This document shows positions 36,247 through 47,985 of a stretch of 64,000 bases of DNA, in pieces. The stretch's first letter is position 1, and every line of letters begins with the position of its first letter. Source of the stretch: Minutocellus sp. GHC0000111 (Eukaryota); NCBI GenBank assembly GCA_977018835.1, contig OZ361260.1:620001-684000 (forward strand). Reading direction: 5' to 3'. The notes under the pieces were generated by a model that was not told the DNA's origin, did no database searches, and saw only the letters and a program-made list of their open reading frames with translations. A program made the position numbers and the translations under genes.

Positions 36247-36434
36247 AACAGGTCACACAAAGATGGATGGACTCACTCGACTCACTCGGCATAATGGCTA
36301 ATAATGGCCCCGCCCAACAGAATGAATGGCCCAACAATGGCCCACAATGACAGCAAGCAAACTGGGGAAGAGCCAAGGAGCAGTGCTGCCTACATGTATG
36401 AGTAACGCAGGCTGCTACGTAGCTACGTAGCTAG

Positions 36435-38288
36435 ATGGTGCCCTCACCCCAGCACCAACCTCATCGGCGTCGGCGAGCGGCGCTGCAACTAGCCTCCGTG
36501 GCGTCCTTGTGCGTCGCCATCATTGTCTACTTCAGTCGTCCTGATATCAATGAGTATGAAAGCAGAGATCACACCAGCTTGGCGGCCCTTCGCCGTTCTC
36601 TTTCGTCGACAACGCTTGCCGACGACACAACTGCCTCCTCAAAAGGAGAGAAGCGAAGCCTCTCCATACTACCAAGAAGAAAAACTGACGCTGATGATTT
36701 TGACATTGTCGAAAGAGACGGCGGTTCGATGAAGGATGCACCCCGGCTACTTTCGATGCTGTCAAATCGGGAACAGCAAAGAGGCCTCCTGTCGCTCCAA
36801 GAGGCGGCACTGTACGCTGAGTTCAGTGGCATGATACAACTTGCTTTGGGATCTGGCCTCAAGACCAAAGAGTCCAGCGTCGATCACATCAAACTCGTTC
36901 CTACTACGATGGACGACGGTGGGCCAAAAGATGGACGGACATTGCGCGAGTTGACGAAATATCTGGGTAATGGACAGTGCGAATGGGAAGAGGGTCAGCC
37001 AGTGACCACACCTGTTTTCTCGACGTTTCTTGTGGGCTTCCCGGGCACTGGCAAGCGCTTGGCGTGGCAGTTGATGGAGGCATTGACTGGTGCCATTGCA
37101 GGAGGTGAGTTTATGGTCGTTCGTCTTTCTTTAGTGGTTTTGAGCATGGTATACATGTACACATTTTAGGGCTCAAAGCTCCTGCTTCTAGCATATTATC
37201 CTCACTAAAAAACCATGAACACATGCTCTCCACACTTCTCCCAACATGCAGACGATTGGAATCACTCCGAGCAGGGTTACAATGTCGTATCGATGAAGGG
37301 GGCCTTTCCCCATCACGAGAGCTCTCAATGGCTTTGGTCAGACCAGATGAATCAAGCGATATTAATGATTCGAAATCCCAGAGATACGCTTATATCTTAC
37401 AGAGATGTGCGGTATGAGATCAACTACGCTCCCACCTGGGGGTCATCTCACCCATTCAATATGTTCACATATTTGAAACAAGAACCGATTGCCAACTTTG
37501 ATCAATGGAAGCGGGCAGGAGACACCAAGTACGGAAACAACGGCCACTTAGAGATACGTATGTGGTCGTGGCATATTGATTGGTGGATGGAGGGTGGCCA
37601 TCGACGTAACTTGAATCACGATGTAGAAATGACCCAGGTATTCAACCATACCAACGAGAATGGGACTTCCATATTCAATAATGTCCCGGTGTCCCCTCCT
37701 CAGTATTGGAAAAAATGCGCCGACGGCAGCGATCCAGTCATGGAATGTCGGCCTGCAGCTGTCGTCAGCTTTGAAGGACTCCATTCCAGCACTACCGGGC
37801 CTAGTGAGATGGCAATTTTGGGCAATGCCCTTCTTGGCAAGCAGGGAGTAGAAGTCATTCCTGAAGATGCATGGCCATGTGTTTTCGAACAAGCCACGGG
37901 CAAGACGATGGAATATGAGCACAGAGGGATGGATTATCGAATGGCAACCGAGGGCGGCCCTTTGCCAAAGACATGGGACGACGACCAAATACAGCAAATG
38001 ATTATTCAAATGGAATATCTTGTCAACAAATTCAGTCAACCAGAGTGGGTAAATGGGCCTCTTAGCACGCAATCTCAGAAACTCGTTTCAATCCTCAATG
38101 GCTACCTCGCCGAGCCGTATTTTGCCAACCATGTGTACACTGGACCTATGCCCGAGGATGACACAAGATTTCCGGACGGGCAGATTGAGGCATCATATAC
38201 CCTTGAGCAGCTCCTTGCGATCGGTGATCAGGTTACATCTGGCATGGTCCTGAACGAGCAACCAGAGTTGACATTACCGACCGAATAA
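36435..38288 (+). CDS. WSCD/sulfotransferase-like type II membrane protein (intron 37105-37251)
   Basis: N-terminal TM helix; FPGTGKRL...EALTG...GDDW; AILMIRNPRDTLISY; VSFEGL. Confidence 0.72.
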
Positions 38289-38373
38289 TTTCAAGAACAG
38301 ACAAGACAAGACGACAACCGTGATACATAGATATATAACTCTCTAGACTACGTAATCCATGTATTTATACATA

Positions 38374-41085
38374 CTAGTCACCAAGACAATTTTTCGAAGT
38401 AGATCTACCGGTAGGAGGAGCAGCTTCTGTATTTTTACCTGTAAGAAAGTCTTCCTCGGCCTCGGGCGTCAAGTAACGTGATAGACGAACACAATGCGTT
38501 CTTATCTCATTTTTCAGGACATCGTTTCCGGATGTTTGTGTTGCCTTGCTATCAGTTCCGATTGAGATCTCACGAGCCAATTCTTTCAACATTATCTGCA
38601 CTCTCTCATTGCTCTGTAAAACCAAGGGGATGCGATTATGAGTTCCTTTCATATTTTCGGCGGACCTACCCACAATGTCCAAGCCTCTCAGAACAAGTTT
38701 TTTCTTAATATCTTCAGACTCTTTGGACAATCGGGCTGCTAGAAGATAGCAGGTCTCGGCAACCGCTGTCTTTGGGGACCAACACGTGTTTCCATAGACA
38801 TTATCAAGGCAATCAAACATCATGTCATCGTTGTCAAAACCATTGAGAACCCAAGAAATATCTTCGTCCATTTTCTCGTAAGAAATGCAGCTCTTATCGG
38901 CGCAGAGTCTAAGATATATTGGAAGAGGCTTGAACAGTTTCATGCAAGGGCTCCTGCCATGCTTCCCTTCGTATTCATAAAACACATCAATCACATATTT
39001 CTGAAACATTTCAAGACATCTCGCAGCCTTGCCATCTGGCCAGCCGAGATGCTGATAAACTGCAAGGAGAGGTAGCACCAATTGGCTAAAAGTGTTGGCC
39101 GAACCCTGATACATTGTAGGGATAAGATTGTTGACGACGTATTCGCATTTTTCCAATGCTCCATCAACATCCATCATACATAGACTCCAGAATGAAGTCA
39201 AGGAGATTGCTTGGGCACATTTGTCTGTCGCATACTCCGTGACTATCAATTCCGAGTGGCGCTCGGGAGAGTAGATGGTTTGCATGTCACCCACTACCTT
39301 CAAAGCTTCTTGATACTTTCCTGATCTACCCATTACCTCACTTTCTAGGGCTAGGGCTCGACAGTAAGGCAAGGATAGAATCCTGGCATCGGCTAAGAAT
39401 AAATGAGATAAACGCTGCTCAACTTCCAAGCTTCGATTCCTTTGAAACTGAGCCCCGTCAGAAAAAACTACCTGAGCCTTGAGTTGTTGATACAAAGCTG
39501 AATAGCACGGAAATAGGATACCACGGTCCTTAAGGCGTCGTGAGGCAGGAGCCTGCTCGAAAATTGCTATTGCATCCATCATGACAGCAGACCCTCGCTG
39601 ATGGTAGTCGAGCACCGAGTAGGAATAGTTTAGCAGTGCCCTACCCTTGGCCACAAGTACCTTCAGGAGCAGCTTCAATGTCTTTGGTTCAAAATTCTCA
39701 ATATCTCGCTTCAAGAAGCCACCAATTTCATCTCCCGTCTTGCTATTACTTTCGACAGTAGCGTTTGATGGATTCAACTTCACAAGGGCATCGTCATATA
39801 ACTCGATTTCTCGATCTTTCTGGCCCATCGCCTTGAACATGCTACCCAAGTCAAGAGCCAAGGAAGCCGCTTTCTCGAAATCGGCAAAACTTTGTTGGCT
39901 TGTATCTCTGCTGTCTTCGGCCTTGGAATCACGTCGGAGATTCACCGCACCACTTCCTCCGCCAGAACGTACGAGGTCAAGCTTTGTTCGGCCCACAAAC
40001 CAGCAGAGAGATAAGGGGGCGCAAAGAATTGTTGCCGAAAGTAGGAATGTTGCTGCGTCCGGGCTAAGTCGAGACATTGCATACGCAGGACCAGTGGTTG
40101 ATATCACAATTGTAGATGTTGATAAAGATAAAGTGAAAAGACGTAGCTCATCGAATATCGGCGGCAATCCACTGGACGGTATTGAAAGAATTATTGTAGC
40201 GGCATAGGGGATAATGGCAAGTATGGCACCCAGCCACGTGAATCCGGCACCAAGCGTACTCTTACACTCATATCTCGACAAGCCAGTGGGACCATCAAAG
40301 ATAACCGTACGCGTCCCACGCATTGAGTCGATGGATAGGTTGAGAATCTGAAGCGTCAGCTGTGGAAGGCAGAGCATAAAGACGAGGAATAGAAGCGAGG
40401 GAATCGAAATGGTACGGCGAAGGCCCTTTGATGATGTTCGATGAACTGCATGTGGATTTGTTGCTGCGACTTGCTTACCGCAGCGGCACAGATGTTTTAT
40501 CCGACGTATATCGCAAAGGCGCCTCCACGCAACGAGTCTATCACATACTGCGATGAGAAAATTCTTTGCCTTGCCAGCAAATGATCTCATTTTGGCATTC
40601 GATACGATGCCTGGCTTGATGTCGGCACCAGAGTTGAGTGCTGGACACAGCAAAACCTCGATCCGCCAGGCTCTGGCCATCAGCGTCGAACCAAATAGCT
40701 GAAGTGACACAAGAAGCAGTGGATCCCGTAACGCACAGCTTATATCGCTGCTTGGGAGCACGAGGTAGCAACTCGCGGTTGTTACAATTCCCGATGACAA
40801 AAAGATCGCCAGGGCAGTAGGCTGACTCAGGCGCATAGATGGCTTCTGCCGATGCAGCAGTATACCGACGAGTATTTTGAGCTGAGCGAGGATTAGGACA
40901 AGCAGTAGGATACCAAACCATATCCGAAATGCAAGGGAGTTGTCAAGGATGATGATTCCATTATTGTCGACATCATCGAGATGACGGTGTTGGTGTTGCG
41001 ATGACGACGCCGAGGCGTCGTGGAGAAGACCCACTGGCAAATGTGGATCGCCAGCCACTGCGCTTCGAAGATATTGGTGAGGCAT
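38374..41085 (-). CDS. Class C (GABA-B-like, 7tm_3) GPCR-like protein with large helical/TPR-like cytoplasmic domain
   Basis: Seven hydrophobic segments; HRQKPSMRLSQP, conserved Cys before TM3, ARAWRI, LPPIFDE; ~500-aa helical tail; intronless. Confidence 0.72.
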   Translation of the reverse strand: MPHQYLRSAVAGDPHLPVGLLHDASASSSQHQHRHLDDVDNNGIIILDNSLAFRIWFGILLLVLILAQLKILVGILLHRQKPSMRLSQPTALAIFLSSGIVTTASCYLVLPSSDISCALRDPLLLVSLQLFGSTLMARAWRIEVLLCPALNSGADIKPGIVSNAKMRSFAGKAKNFLIAVCDRLVAWRRLCDIRRIKHLCRCGKQVAATNPHAVHRTSSKGLRRTISIPSLLFLVFMLCLPQLTLQILNLSIDSMRGTRTVIFDGPTGLSRYECKSTLGAGFTWLGAILAIIPYAATIILSIPSSGLPPIFDELRLFTLSLSTSTIVISTTGPAYAMSRLSPDAATFLLSATILCAPLSLCWFVGRTKLDLVRSGGGSGAVNLRRDSKAEDSRDTSQQSFADFEKAASLALDLGSMFKAMGQKDREIELYDDALVKLNPSNATVESNSKTGDEIGGFLKRDIENFEPKTLKLLLKVLVAKGRALLNYSYSVLDYHQRGSAVMMDAIAIFEQAPASRRLKDRGILFPCYSALYQQLKAQVVFSDGAQFQRNRSLEVEQRLSHLFLADARILSLPYCRALALESEVMGRSGKYQEALKVVGDMQTIYSPERHSELIVTEYATDKCAQAISLTSFWSLCMMDVDGALEKCEYVVNNLIPTMYQGSANTFSQLVLPLLAVYQHLGWPDGKAARCLEMFQKYVIDVFYEYEGKHGRSPCMKLFKPLPIYLRLCADKSCISYEKMDEDISWVLNGFDNDDMMFDCLDNVYGNTCWSPKTAVAETCYLLAARLSKESEDIKKKLVLRGLDIVGRSAENMKGTHNRIPLVLQSNERVQIMLKELAREISIGTDSKATQTSGNDVLKNEIRTHCVRLSRYLTPEAEEDFLTGKNTEAAPPTGRSTSKNCLGD

Positions 41086-41373
41086 TACGAGCTAGTAGCT
41101 AGGAGCCTTCGACTGACATATGCAACAATAACATGGCTGGTTCGCACAGCACGATGAAAGAGGCGAACGGCTATTCGATTTCATGGCTGCATCTTCTCGC
41201 TCCGAGGAGTCGAGTGAGTCAATATATCATGAGCTACGTATTTTGACGAGTAAGTCATCTAAAATCGGTGTGCTCCCCAGAACTTAGACTTCCAGAAAAA
41301 TCCCCGCTGATGACTCTGCTTCGATCTTCGATCGGCTGATGCCAAAAAACGGTTGAAGTCAACAACGGCAACG

Positions 41374-42635
41374 ATGGCGAGAACGATGAGGGTGCCAGCG
41401 CTTCTGTTGGTGGCGATCTCATGCGTGGATGCATACCTTCCAAGCGTACAACATCAACTCTCGCGACATGTCTCTCCTCGCAGGTCGCTGCATCTTTCGG
41501 CGTTCAGCGGCGGCAGTAACAATAACAACGGTAACAGAAATCGTGTCAGCGACTTAGGAAAGACCACAGAGCAGATGGGCACTGGCATCGGGAACTCTGG
41601 CCAGTACGGTGGTGGATTCGACAGTTACAGCGACAATGGCGGAGGATACGACATCAGCGACAGCGATGGCTACGGCTACAACTCCGTCGCAAGTTCGCAG
41701 CAGTTCAAATCCGACCAATTCCTTCAGCACGTCAGGATTTCTGCATCGGGTGCAACGAATTTTGGAAGTCCTTGGTCCTGCCACCCATGAGGAATTGGTT
41801 GGAAACCAGACCAGGCGGTACTGCTCTGTCGAACCCGCTATCCAAGATTCAGGCTGGACCGGAGTATCCTGGAATCTCTCGCCCGGTTTGGCTGGTCATG
41901 GCAGGATCCTTCGCCACTCTCTTCAACTGGTTCGGATACTACAAATTTGTCGTGGAGGAAGAGTTGGTAAGACATGGATTGCTTTATTGCCAATCAATGG
42001 GAATTTCTTGGCCAATTTCCTTTCTTGTATTTGCCTTGCATATGTACCTAGGTACCAATTCAACTTTGCTCACCTCTTTCTTAAAAAATCACTTGACATG
42101 TTTGCACTTGCTTCGTTTCCAGTATCAATACGAGCTGCAAACGACCGGGACGAGTTACCACATGCGGCGGTTATGGAACCTTTGTGGCCTATGTGTGCGG
42201 CGTATTATCGGTGCGCCCTTGGTCTGGGCGGACATTCCCGGTGGCGAATTCATTTTGACGTCAGCTGTGGTCTGGCTTGCCCTTTCGCAGGTGAACTTGT
42301 ATCGGCGTGTCAACGAACTTACTCAGGAGTCCAGGGATGTTCTTGGTTTGGAGGGCGATGGGAGGATGCTTCATGAATGGTGGGCGCTGCTTCCGCCGCC
42401 AATGAATCTTGTGGTCGGCCTTCGGCAGATTTACTTCTTGAGCGAATATTGGTGCGTCATAAGGGGAGATCCACCTGCCACGGATTACATTGCCCAGGAT
42501 TGGCTTCCCTTTGTAGCGGAGAGACGTCGTTTCAGTTTAGAAGAGCTCTGGACTGGTCAAGTGCCGTGGTTCTGGTTTATGAAGAGTGATTTTCGAAGTC
42601 CCTTCAATCGCAATGACAATGGCCGTATGTTTTAG
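41374..42635 (+). CDS. Probable plastid membrane protein of unknown function; intron 41967-42122; several apparent indels
   Basis: Signal peptide VDA-YLP plus Ser/Arg-rich transit peptide; PEYPGISRPVWL, FGYYKFVVEEEL, QVNLYRRVNEL, WWALLPPP...VVGLRQIYFLSEYW; frame changes near 41690 and 42148/42206. Confidence 0.65.
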
Positions 42636-42901
42636 CGGCCACACCAATGCGAAATGAAATTGTTTCTGATATCGGATACTTTTTATGTTTCAATGTTCTC
42701 GTGATGATCAAAGTAATGAATGAAAGGAGTAAAAGAACGAAGCAGCACCGGGACAAAATTGTGTGCGCAACATGGGATGAAACAATGCCGCGCTCGCTAC
42801 ATGTACGATCGTTATCAAGTAAAAATAGCTGGCTTTCTTTTACAATGTTACACTAATAGTAGTATCCGCACATACATGAACTAACTATCACCCGGCTTTG
42901 A

Positions 42902-44104
42902 TTACTCCCTTGCAGCATTGGCGCCGCCACAACAAAACATTGTGTGCATCCCACAAAACATGCCAAGGTCGTCTCTGGTATCATCATCTTCTTCATTTTT
43001 GCTCGTGGCGTTGTGCTTTCCGCTGTGCAAATGAAGACGATTCTTCCACTTGCTCTCGGGCTGCGACTCTCTCATTGACTGTTCCAGCTCGTTCTCGAGG
43101 CGTTTAATGTCGGCCTTAATTACTTCTGGCGGCCGGGATTTGCCCATTGCCTTATTTATCGACTTCATGATTGCTTGTTCCATGGTCACTTCCAGAGGCT
43201 TGCCATTGCCCATGTTCTTGAATTTCGATAGGGCGCTGACAATGAGACCTCCTACCTTGGTCCCAACACTACTAGATGAATCTCGTTTCGCCTTAAGATT
43301 TGGCCCAAAGCCCGATAAGACCTCCTCCACAACATCGTCGAGTCCGCCCTCTTCCGTGAAGTTGACCGACAAGAAATCTCCTTTGCCTCGATCCACGTTG
43401 ACATTCAAGCAGGGGATCAAATCTGGCCGATCCATAAAGGCAATGTACAGCTTCTTGGTCTCGTTGACATACCAAATCCTCAGTTTGGGAACACGAATTC
43501 GCACCCACCCTTCCTCAATGTCGTCGCCATATCCAATCTCTAACTCCATTTGCGTTCCAAAAGGCCCTTTCACAGGGACAGCGATCTCAACACCTTTATC
43601 CATCCTAAGCTCCCCGTCGAAATCGATCAAATCAAGAACCACCATGTCGACGCTACCTCCCTCCGAGCAATGCGTCATGAGCTCACGATATTTTTCTCGT
43701 TCGGGCCAGGAAAAGTCCAGCATTGCCTCCATATCGGCTTGAAGAGTATCAGGATCGATCACATGAACATCCTCGAAGTTGATGGTAATTGGTTTGATGG
43801 ACAGCGTGTTATCAGGCTGGTCCTCGTCGTATGCCTCCACAGGAAGTTCATCGCGAAGAACACCAACCTTTTCGATTAGTTTCTTCGATATGACACGTCG
43901 AATGATCGGTTGAGCAATAGCAAAGAAAGAGTGGACGAGGGCCGATGTCGAAGCGGTGGGGGCAGTAGCATCGGTGTTGCTTCGTGTCAGGCGCAGGCCA
44001 TGATATGGCTGCCTGCCACTCTTCTTGCTGCTCTTGGCGCTACTTCTCGACCACGCCGAAGCGCCCGATGATGCTCCCACCGGCTTGGATCGGCAGGTTC
44101 CCAT
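42902..44104 (-). CDS. N-acylated (MGTC) protein with possible SMP/TULIP-like lipid-binding domain
   Basis: MGxCxS plus basic stretch; beta-rich core (LRIWY...LYIAFMDRPDL). The domain call is tentative. Confidence 0.55.
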   Translation of the reverse strand: MGTCRSKPVGASSGASAWSRSSAKSSKKSGRQPYHGLRLTRSNTDATAPTASTSALVHSFFAIAQPIIRRVISKKLIEKVGVLRDELPVEAYDEDQPDNTLSIKPITINFEDVHVIDPDTLQADMEAMLDFSWPEREKYRELMTHCSEGGSVDMVVLDLIDFDGELRMDKGVEIAVPVKGPFGTQMELEIGYGDDIEEGWVRIRVPKLRIWYVNETKKLYIAFMDRPDLIPCLNVNVDRGKGDFLSVNFTEEGGLDDVVEEVLSGFGPNLKAKRDSSSSVGTKVGGLIVSALSKFKNMGNGKPLEVTMEQAIMKSINKAMGKSRPPEVIKADIKRLENELEQSMRESQPESKWKNRLHLHSGKHNATSKNEEDDDTRDDLGMFCGMHTMFCCGGANAARE

Positions 44105-44460
44105 ATTGGAAGTCTCTCTTCGCTAGAAGAAGCTCTCCTCTCTCCTACGTTGCAACGTACTAGCTAGAAGTAGCAGGATAGCACTCTCTTTGACTAGGAA
44201 TTCCTATGCAAGCACCGCCCTGGTTGGGTCTTGACTCTTATTGACCGGCGACCGCCAAAATTTTGGCGAAAATTACAATTCGGGCGTACGTAGTCGTACG
44301 TAATTTACATGTCATGCTCAGGTTCTGTGTACTTTAGAGCAGCAGCACGAAAGAACAAAAACCAGCACAACATGTGTGCCAAAACAGGGGACCATCGGTA
44401 TCTTGCAAAGCCAGCAATAATTCGTCCCACTTGCCTTGCCGATGCTCAAAATTGCACCAA

Positions 44461-45450
44461 ATGAACCTCCCCGTTCAATACCAACACGTGCTCGAGGCTC
44501 TGCCAAGAGTCCATGGGGTTCTTCGGCCGACGCTGTTGCGATCGTGGCCAATGCTGAACAAGTTGCTTGGGTTTGAATTCTACCTCAAGCACGAGAATCA
44601 TCAGCCAGTCGGGGCCTTTAAAGTGAGAGGCGGCGTCAATCTTGTCTCGACACTGAATTTGGATGAAAGAAAACGAGGGCTTGTGGCGGTGTCAACGGGC
44701 AACCATGGCCAATCACTCGCATATTCTTCTGCGTTGGCTGGGGTGAACTGTACGATCGTGGTGCCCGAAGGAAATAATCCTGGCAAAAATGAGGCAATGC
44801 GCGGTCTTGGTGCTACATTGATTGAAGAGGGAAAAGATTACGATGGCGCCAAAAAATATGTGGAAGAAGTGGTAGTGCAAGAGGGCGGGGCACGATACGT
44901 CCACTCGGCAAATGAGCCAGCTCTTATTGCTGGTGTCGCAACTTATGCATACGAGATCTTTCAGGACTTGCCCGATCCAGATGTCATTTTGGTTCCCATC
45001 GGTCTTGGCAGTGGTGTTTGTGGAACAGCGGTTGTTGCCAAGCACTTGCGACCGGAAACACAAGTGATTGGTGTTCAGGCTGAAGGTGCCCCCTCGGTGG
45101 TAGAAACATGGCGAACTAAAGAATGGACGACTGCCGACTCGGTCAACACTTTTGCAGAGGGTATTGCAACAAGAGTCCCAGCAGAAATGACGATAATGGA
45201 TGCATTGATGGACGACGCCCTTTTGGTCCGTGATGATGAAATGAGAGAAGCTGTTGGCCACATACTTCAAGCAACTCACAATTTGGCTGAGGGGTCGGGA
45301 GCAGCATCATTGGCAGCAGCGATGAAATACCGAGACCGTTTCGTTGGCAAAAAGGTTGTTGGAATACTATCTGGCGGGAATTTAGATTTGTCAGAATTGC
45401 CTCGAATTCTGGAGACGATGAAAAGCCGAAGAATGCATGCAAATGAATAA
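44461..45450 (+). CDS. PLP-dependent threonine/serine dehydratase (fold type II, no regulatory domain)
   Basis: LKHENHQPVGAFKVRGG (PLP lysine), STGNHG, VPIGLGSG, ILSGGN; intronless. Confidence 0.92.
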   Translation: MNLPVQYQHVLEALPRVHGVLRPTLLRSWPMLNKLLGFEFYLKHENHQPVGAFKVRGGVNLVSTLNLDERKRGLVAVSTGNHGQSLAYSSALAGVNCTIVVPEGNNPGKNEAMRGLGATLIEEGKDYDGAKKYVEEVVVQEGGARYVHSANEPALIAGVATYAYEIFQDLPDPDVILVPIGLGSGVCGTAVVAKHLRPETQVIGVQAEGAPSVVETWRTKEWTTADSVNTFAEGIATRVPAEMTIMDALMDDALLVRDDEMREAVGHILQATHNLAEGSGAASLAAAMKYRDRFVGKKVVGILSGGNLDLSELPRILETMKSRRMHANE

Positions 45451-45630
45451 TTTCATGAACTAGAGAACATATTATGCGGGCACTACCCAACTACCAGTTA
45501 CTCCTACTGATCTGAAGCCTACGAAAACGTTTGTAGTGTATATTAACCTCTAGCTACGTACATGTAGAATTATGAAAAAGCCTAAAAAAGCAACGTTTGT
45601 ATGCAAGACATGTGAATAAATTCAGGACAT

Positions 45631-46386
45631 TTACTCCCAACTACTTTCATTTCTTTCATCTTCGATATCACATTCGCCATATACTTTCATACAATCACCA
45701 GGATCATCTGGAAGTTGGCATTCTCCAAACACATAGCAACGAAGAATACCTTCCACCGCAGCAATGTGCTTCTTTGACACGGCTCTTTCTTCGCATAGGC
45801 CTGCCACTGGGTGGTATATATGGCTGAAAGGGAGACTGGGTATACCCAGGGCTTCGTGGAGCAATTTGGTCTGCTTAGTGAGAGGGACCTCGACGAATTT
45901 GACATTGCGCGCAAGGGCAGACGAATGAGTCGCGTAGTCATAAGCGAGTTTGTAGAAGAGCGGAGCAGAGGCCCGACAACTCGCACAGTACGAAGCAAAG
46001 AATCGGACGACAGTGATCTGATTGGACTCATTCACGACGATATCTTTGTACTCTTGAATTGACTCGACGCGTTGGACAACGTCCTTTCCATGCTTAGGCT
46101 TCGTTGATGGGATCTTTCTTTTCGATATCTTGTTGTGAATATCTTTGTATCCTTGAGTCGAAGGGGTGGAAACTGCGACGTCCTTTCCATGCTTAGGCTT
46201 CTTTGATGGGATCATTCTTTTCGATATCTTGTTGTGAACATTGTCTTCGTATTCTTGGGTCGAAGGGGTGGAAACGGCACTGAGCACCTTGGGCGAATTA
46301 TTTGTCGATGCAACTGCTAGCAAAGTGAAGGCGGTCACTCCAAATGGGGCGAAAGCGAGGAGAGAGATAGGTGCAAGCGGAGCCAT
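45631..46386 (-). CDS. Plastid-targeted atypical thioredoxin-like protein (YCASC)
   Basis: Signal peptide VTA-FTL; VVRFFASYCASCR, VKFVEV, LGIPSLPF. Confidence 0.85.
   Translation of the reverse strand: MAPLAPISLLAFAPFGVTAFTLLAVASTNNSPKVLSAVSTPSTQEYEDNVHNKISKRMIPSKKPKHGKDVAVSTPSTQGYKDIHNKISKRKIPSTKPKHGKDVVQRVESIQEYKDIVVNESNQITVVRFFASYCASCRASAPLFYKLAYDYATHSSALARNVKFVEVPLTKQTKLLHEALGIPSLPFSHIYHPVAGLCEERAVSKKHIAAVEGILRCYVFGECQLPDDPGDCMKVYGECDIEDERNESSWE
46079..46275 (-). repeat. In-frame tandem duplication (~99-bp period) in the thioredoxin leader
   Basis: VSTPSTQEYEDNVHNKISKRMIPSKKPKHGKDV / VSTPSTQGYKDIHNKISKRKIPSTKPKHGKDV; DNA copies at 46079-46173 and 46178-46275. Confidence 0.92.
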
Positions 46387-46619
46387 TTTTCTCGTTGTTA
46401 GCGAGAATGAGGGCAAGTTGCGAAGTAAATCTTTTTGGCGGGCCGCGGGTTCTGGGTGCAACGTCAGCGAGCCACAGCGCGGCAGCCATGCATGACACCG
46501 CCGTACGTACGTTACGCGTTCGTAGGCGTAGGAAGAGATGTGCTGACTGGAAGGCGTCAGCCACCATAACCGCTCCCGGGTGCATACTAGTAGCTACGTA
46601 GTATCTCACCAGCAGTAAG

Positions 46620-47689
46620 ATGAGGCATCGATTTCAACTTCTGTTATGCACATGCGCAGCGTCGGTTGTAGCTGCGCGGGCTTTCCATGGGCCATCTTCT
46701 CATGGTCAGCATCTCCATCAACGCGCCCTGATCAAAAGACCAAATTCGCTGTCACGTACGTCACCCGCCCTTTCACAAGGACTACATGCGGCGCAAATCA
46801 TCCCGAGAGGAGGAACTACCGCATCATCTGGAACAATTTGATGGCTGATCCGTCTGTTGTTTTCGAAAATGCCCCCTTCATTCAATCCACCGCTATTTTC
46901 GCATTCGCAAACGGGGTCGGATGTATTCTTTCTCTTGTCGGCAAAACACAGATCCATGTGGATCTTCTCGGCACTGGTTCCTTTTGCTTGGCAGCTCTTC
47001 CAGCCCTCTTTGGAAAGGGTGCCGCTTTGTCTCGCATCAAGATATCTGCAGCAGCAGTGACGCTTTGGTCAGTCAAATTGGCTGGATTTCTCCTATTTCG
47101 TATTATCAAACTTGGGGAGGACAAAAGATTGTCTGATCTGTTCGCTTCAGCGAGTGGAACTATCTCTTTCTGGGTATTCTCCCTAATGTGGGGTGTTCTG
47201 TGCTCTCTGCCTCATGCGTTGGGTAGTACAAGCTCCTCACTTGGCATCTCAGCTGCAACTATTACCGGGGCCGTCGTTTATGGCATCGGCCTAATCATGG
47301 AAACAACGGCAGACTATCAGAAGTGGACGTTCAAGGCTGACAACCCTGGCAAGTTCTGCAATGTAGGTTTGTGGTCGATCAGTCAGCACCCGAATTGGTT
47401 CGGTAATCTCCTTATTTGGGCTGGTATTTTGATCATGAATGCGCCGGCTCTCGTCGATGTCCCTGCCGCGGTAGCGGTGGGAGAGAATGCGTCCTTTTTT
47501 GACACTGTGTGGAGATACCGTCGCCTTGCGTTGGCGTGCCTATCTCCTGCTTTCATGCTGTTTTTATTCAATGGACAAGCAGATGGATCGCTCACAACCA
47601 CATCCGAGTTGGCCAAGAGTAAGTATGGCTCGGCAGAGTACGAAGACTATCTAGCCAGGGTGCCCAAGATATTCCCAAAACATTTTTGA
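46620..47689 (+). CDS. DUF1295 / steroid 5-alpha-reductase-like membrane protein, plastid-type leader; frameshift near 46836
   Basis: Leader ARA-FHG...IPRGG in ORF 46620-46841; core RIIKLGEDKR, ETTADYQKW, GLWSISQHPNWFG. Confidence 0.85.
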
Positions 47690-47985
47690 TCTTTTGTATT
47701 CGCACTGTAGGAATCCCTAGATATGAAAAATTAATGATGTACAGTTGTATCCCTACATACGCTTAATATAAGTCATGAGCTTACTTACTAGTAGTACTGG
47801 ATGCTGAGGGCACGTGACTTTAATCCTAGCTAGCTAGAGGACATACTAGTAGAGTAAGCACTACCATATCGTGGATGAATAAGTCCTCAAATAATTTTAC
47901 AAGGTTTGAGTACCGGTAATAATGTAAAGAATCAAAAAGTGCTTTCCTTGGTCTAGGATTTGGTCTTTGGTTACCCACAAGCCGC

